A model generated the notes under the pieces. It saw only the letters and a list, made by a program, of their open reading frames with translations, was not told where the DNA came from and did no database searches. From contig OZ244744.1 in the NCBI GenBank assembly GCA_965219455.1, positions 4,352,001-4,416,000 of the forward strand: a stretch of DNA of 64,000 nt, read 5' to 3'. The stretch is from Candidatus Latescibacterota bacterium (GTDB lineage: Bacteria; Latescibacterota; UBA2968; GCA-2709665). Within the stretch, counting starts at the first letter, position 1. The number at the start of each line of letters is the position of its first letter. Positions 59,854 through 64,000 of the stretch are shown here, piece after piece. Made by a program: the position numbers and the translations under genes.

Positions 59854-61920
59854 TCATCCACCCTGGCCGAAGCTGCGTGCAAAGATCACAAAATCGCCGA
59901 ACTCGACGGTCCCGTCGCCGTTCAGGTCGAAACGTGCGTCATACCCGGCGTCTCCCTGGCTCAGCCCGACCTGCGCCGCGAATTGCAGAAAGTCGGGAAA
60001 ACCCACGGTCCCGTCGCCGTCGAAGTCCGCAGTAACGGGTTGAGGTGCGACATATGGCGACATATCCCACAGCAGAATCGTGCCGTCGTGACTTCCGCTT
60101 GCAAGCATCGTCCCATCCGGAGAAAACACCATCGAAGTGACGTTGTCCGTATGTCCTGTCAGGCTGTGTTTTTGCTGTCCAGTCTCCACGTCCCACAACC
60201 GCACCGTATGGTCCCACTTGGTGCTTGTCAGCATCGTCCCATCCGGCGAAAACGCTATACTGGACCCGCCGGTAGCCGCCCGCGTGAGGGTGTTTTCTTC
60301 CTGCCCTGTGGCCGCGTCCCAAAAGCGCACCGTACTATGACCGGCGCTTGCCAGCGTCGTCCCATCAGGTGAAAACACCACCGAATAGACCCCACCGGTA
60401 TGCCCTGTGAAGGTGCCTTTTTCCTGCCCTGTGGCCGCGTCCCACAACCGCACGGTACTGTCCCGACTGGCGCTTGCCAGGGTCCTCCCGTCCGGCGAAA
60501 ACGCCACCGAACCGACGGACCGCGTATGTCCTGTGAGGGTGTGTATTTCCTGCCCTGTGGCTAGGTCCCACAGCCGCACCGTACTGTCGTAACTGGCGCT
60601 TGCCAGCGTCGTTCCATCCGGCGAAATCGCCACCGAATAGACGGACCGCCTATGACCTGTGAGGGTGTGTATTTCCTGCCCTGTGGCCAGGTCCCACAGC
60701 CGCACCGTACTGTCCCAACCGCCGCTTGCGAGCGTCGTCCCATCAGGTGAAAACGCCACCGAATAGACGGACCACCTATGACCTGTGAGGATGTTTTTTC
60801 CCTGCCCTGTGGCCGCGTCCCACAGCCGCACCGTTGGAATATTACCGCCGCTTGCCAGCGTCGTCCCATGCGGCGAGAACGCCACTGACCTGACAGCCCC
60901 CGAATGACCAGTGATGGAGTGTTTTTTCTGTCCCGTAGCCACGTTCCAGAACAGTATTGTACGGTCAGTACTGAGGCTTGTCAGCGTCGTACCATGCGGT
61001 GAGAACGCCACCGAATAGACCGCACCGGTATGTCCTGTGAAGGTGCCTTTTTCCTGCCCTGTGGCCGCGTCCCACAACCGCACGGTACTGTCCCCACTGG
61101 CGCTAGCCAGCGTCGTCCCATCCGGCGAAAACGCCACCGAATAGACGGACCGCCTATGACCTGTGAGGATGTTTTTTCCCTGCCCTGTGGCCGCGTCCCA
61201 CAACCGCACCGTACTATCGTAACTGGCGCTTGCCAGCGTCGTCCCATCTGGCGAAAACGCCACCGAACCGACGGACCGCGTATGTCCTGTGAGGATGTTT
61301 TTTCCCTGCCCTGTGGCTACGTCCCAAAGGCGCGCGGTACTGTCCTGACTAGCGCTAGCCAGCGTCGCTCCATCCGGCGAAAACGCCACCAACATGACAG
61401 TTTGAGTATGTCCTTTGAGGATATGTTTTTCCTGCCCTGTGGCCACGTCCCACAACCGCACCGGGTTGTAGTTTGGCCAAATGTCATCACCGGCGCTTGC
61501 CAACATCGTCCCATCCGGCGAAAACGCCACCGAACGGACCTCATAGGTATGTCCTGTGAGGGTGTGTATCTCCTGGCCCGTGGCCACATCCCATAACCGC
61601 ACCGTATTGTCCCGACTTCCGCTAGCCAGCGTCGTCCCATCCGGCGAAAACGCCACCGAATAGACTCTATGCGTATGGCCGGAGAGCAGGTTGACTTCGG
61701 CGCCGGTTGTTGCATCGTAGAGCCAGATGCCAATGTGGGCTGCAACAGCCACCCGCGTCCCGTCTGGCGACCAGGCCACGGCATGCGCGTATCCCTTGCC
61801 CAGCCGTAGAAGGGCCCCTTCGGGCAGTCCCCAGCGAGTGAAATCCTGCGCGTGGCTGTTCTGTGCAAACAAGACAGACGTCGACAAAAGAATCAGGCTC
61901 GAAATCGTAGACCTTTTCAT
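59854..61920 (-). CDS. W10: secreted WD40-repeat protein with dockerin-like tail
   Basis: Same architecture as W1. Confidence 0.93.
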   Translation of the reverse strand: MKRSTISSLILLSTSVLFAQNSHAQDFTRWGLPEGALLRLGKGYAHAVAWSPDGTRVAVAAHIGIWLYDATTGAEVNLLSGHTHRVYSVAFSPDGTTLASGSRDNTVRLWDVATGQEIHTLTGHTYEVRSVAFSPDGTMLASAGDDIWPNYNPVRLWDVATGQEKHILKGHTQTVMLVAFSPDGATLASASQDSTARLWDVATGQGKNILTGHTRSVGSVAFSPDGTTLASASYDSTVRLWDAATGQGKNILTGHRRSVYSVAFSPDGTTLASASGDSTVRLWDAATGQEKGTFTGHTGAVYSVAFSPHGTTLTSLSTDRTILFWNVATGQKKHSITGHSGAVRSVAFSPHGTTLASGGNIPTVRLWDAATGQGKNILTGHRWSVYSVAFSPDGTTLASGGWDSTVRLWDLATGQEIHTLTGHRRSVYSVAISPDGTTLASASYDSTVRLWDLATGQEIHTLTGHTRSVGSVAFSPDGRTLASASRDSTVRLWDAATGQEKGTFTGHTGGVYSVVFSPDGTTLASAGHSTVRFWDAATGQEENTLTRAATGGSSIAFSPDGTMLTSTKWDHTVRLWDVETGQQKHSLTGHTDNVTSMVFSPDGTMLASGSHDGTILLWDMSPYVAPQPVTADFDGDGTVGFPDFLQFAAQVGLSQGDAGYDARFDLNGDGTVEFGDFVIFARSFGQGG

Positions 61921-61976
61921 CCGGCTATCCTCCCCGGCCTATGCACGCCTTTACCTGCATTGCTCAGCTGACCGCC

Positions 61977-64000
61977 TCACGAGCCCAGGCCGAAGCTGCG
62001 TGCAAAGATCACAAAATCGCTGAATCCAACCGCGCCGTCGCCGTTCAGGTCGAACCGCGCATCAAATCCGGCGTCGCCCCGGCTCTGTCCGAACTGCGCC
62101 GCGAACCGCAAAAAGTCGGGAAAACCAACAGCCCCGTCGCCGTCGAAGTCTGCGGCAAGCGTTGGAGGTGAGACATGAGGCGACACATCCCACAGCAGAA
62201 TCGTACCGTCGTAACTTCCGCTCGCCAGCGTTCTGCCGTCCGGGGAAAACGCCACCGACGTTAGAATCCACGTATGTCCTGTCAGGGTGCCGATTTCCTT
62301 CCAGGTGGCCACGTCCCACAACCGCACGGCCTTGAACTGGCTGCCGGTCGCGAGCGTTGCCCCATCGGGCGAAAACGCCACCGACGAGAAAATCTCGTTA
62401 TCTGCTTTGTGGGTGTGAATGAGCTGTCCTGTGTCCGGGTCCCACACCCGCACCGTACCATCTCCTTGGGCGCTTGCGAGCGTCGTCCCATCAGGTGAAA
62501 ACGCCACCGAATTGATCCAACGGGAATGTCCTGTGAGGATGTTTTTCTCATTCCCGTTGGCCGCGTTCCACAAGCGCACCGTGCTGTCCGCACTGGAGCT
62601 GGCCAGCGTTGATCCATCCGGCGAAAACGCCACCGAATAGATTATTTCCGCATGTCCCGTCAGGGTGTGTTTTTCCTGTCCGGTGGCCACGTCCCACAAC
62701 CGCACGGTATTGTCAGTACCGGCGCTGGCCAGCGTCGTCCCATCCGGCGAGAACGCCACCGTCCTGATCCGACTGGTATGTCCTTTGAGGGTGTTATTCT
62801 CGCGCCCTGTGGCCACGTCCCACAACCGCACCGTCCTGTCGTAACTGCCGCTGGCCAGCGTTGATCCATCCGGCGAGAACGCCACCGATCTGACCAAACT
62901 GGTATGTCCTTTGAGGGTGTTATTCTCGCGCCCTGTGGCCACGTCCCACAACCGCACCGTCCTGTCGTAACTGCCGCTGGCCAGCGTTGATCCATCCGGC
63001 GAGAACGCCACCGATCTGACCAAACTGGTATGTCCTTTGAGGGTGTTATTCTACTGCCCTGTAGCCACGTCCCACAACCGCACGGTAAAGTCCCAACTGG
63101 CGCTTGCCAGCCTATTCCCATCCGGTGAGAACGCCACCGAAAATACTTCTCGGGTATGCCCTGTGAGGGTGAGGGCGCCCTTCTCCTGACCCGTCTCTAT
63201 GTCCCACAGCCGCACACCGTATTGTCGTCACTGCGGCTTGCCAGCGTCGTCCCGTCCGGCGAAAACGCAACCGACCGGACTCCGAACCTATGTCCTTTGA
63301 GGGTGTGTTTCTCGTGCCCTGTGTCCATGTCCCACAGACGCACAGTACTTTCCCAACTGCCGATTGCCAGTGTCGATCCATCAGGCGAATACACCACCGT
63401 ATTCACACCAAGAAAATGCCCTTCCAGGGTGCTTAGTTCCTGACCCGTTTCCATGTCCCACAGCCGCACGGTACGATCACTACCGGCGCTTGCCAGCGTG
63501 AGACCATCGGGTGAAAACGCCAGCGAGCGGATCCTCCCGGTATGTCCTCTTAGCGCGTGTTTTTCCTGCCCAGTGGCCACGTCCCACACCCGCACCATAG
63601 TGTCAAGACTGGCGCTTGCCAGCGTGAGACCATCGGGCGAAAATACTACGGAAACGACAAAGGGCCTGTCCAATTGGCTTCGGTACCTATCATCCAGGAG
63701 GGTGCTCTTCTCCTGCACGGTGGCCACGTCCCACAACCGCACCGTGCCGTCGCGACTGCCGCTTGCCAGCGTCGCCCCATCCGGAGAGAATGCCACCGCC
63801 TCGACGTCGTCGGTATGTCCATCCAGGGTGCTTCGTTCCTGACCCGTTTCTATGTCCCACAGCCGTACGGTACGGTCACTACCGGCGCTTGCCAGCGTGA
63901 GACCATCGGGCGAAAACGCAATCCCATTGACTCTGAACGAACGTCCTGTGATCAGTGAAATTTCCGCCCCGGTGCGGGCATCGTATAGCCAGATGCCGAG
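61977..64000 (-). pseudogene. W11: WD40/dockerin paralogue, 5' end outside the window, with a +2 frameshift near 63214 and TAG at 63051-63053
   Basis: CGCACACCGT instead of CGCACCGT; CAG TAG AAT instead of CAG GAG AAT. Confidence 0.85.

Noticed and set aside
38623-61976. Integron cassette array with attC sites
   Set aside because: There is no integrase in the window, the spacers lack a recognisable RYYYAAC...GTTRRRY long palindrome, and all genes are paralogues with their own leaders.
36574-64000. CRISPR array or diversity-generating retroelement explaining the repeats
   Set aside because: The repeats are in-frame coding WD40 blades. There is no constant repeat with unique spacers, no cas or reverse transcriptase gene, and differences between copies are not adenine-specific.

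Overview
GC-rich bacterial chromosomal window. The GWxTD protein and the secreted proteins with DFDGDG double-EF-hand tails suggest an FCB-group organism such as Latescibacterota; this is inference only. The first ~36.5 kb holds housekeeping and catabolic genes: CocE hydrolase, arsC, purB, mazG, a galU-like gene, a selA-selB-selC cluster, two sulfatase-fold proteins, and a 2-oxoacid:ferredoxin oxidoreductase with CBS modules. It also has a truncated group II intron 5' end abutting an AT-rich lipoprotein gene. The last ~27.5 kb is a co-oriented minus-strand tandem array of at least 11 paralogues (W1-W11; 8 intact, 3 disrupted, the last running off the window). Each encodes a signal peptide, about 14 WD40 blades and a dockerin-like tail. 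The paralogues are mosaics of exchanged blades. They are separated by modular spacers containing ~10-bp-phased TGATT repeats and an optional structured module with one or two near-perfect Shine-Dalgarno units. One paralogue is split by a 1.7-kb insertion element that has no terminal inverted repeats, has hairpin ends and a CTA core, and encodes a protein with Rep_trans-like tyrosine-nickase motifs plus a winged-helix domain. All calls come from reading the sequence and motifs by eye; no searches were run.
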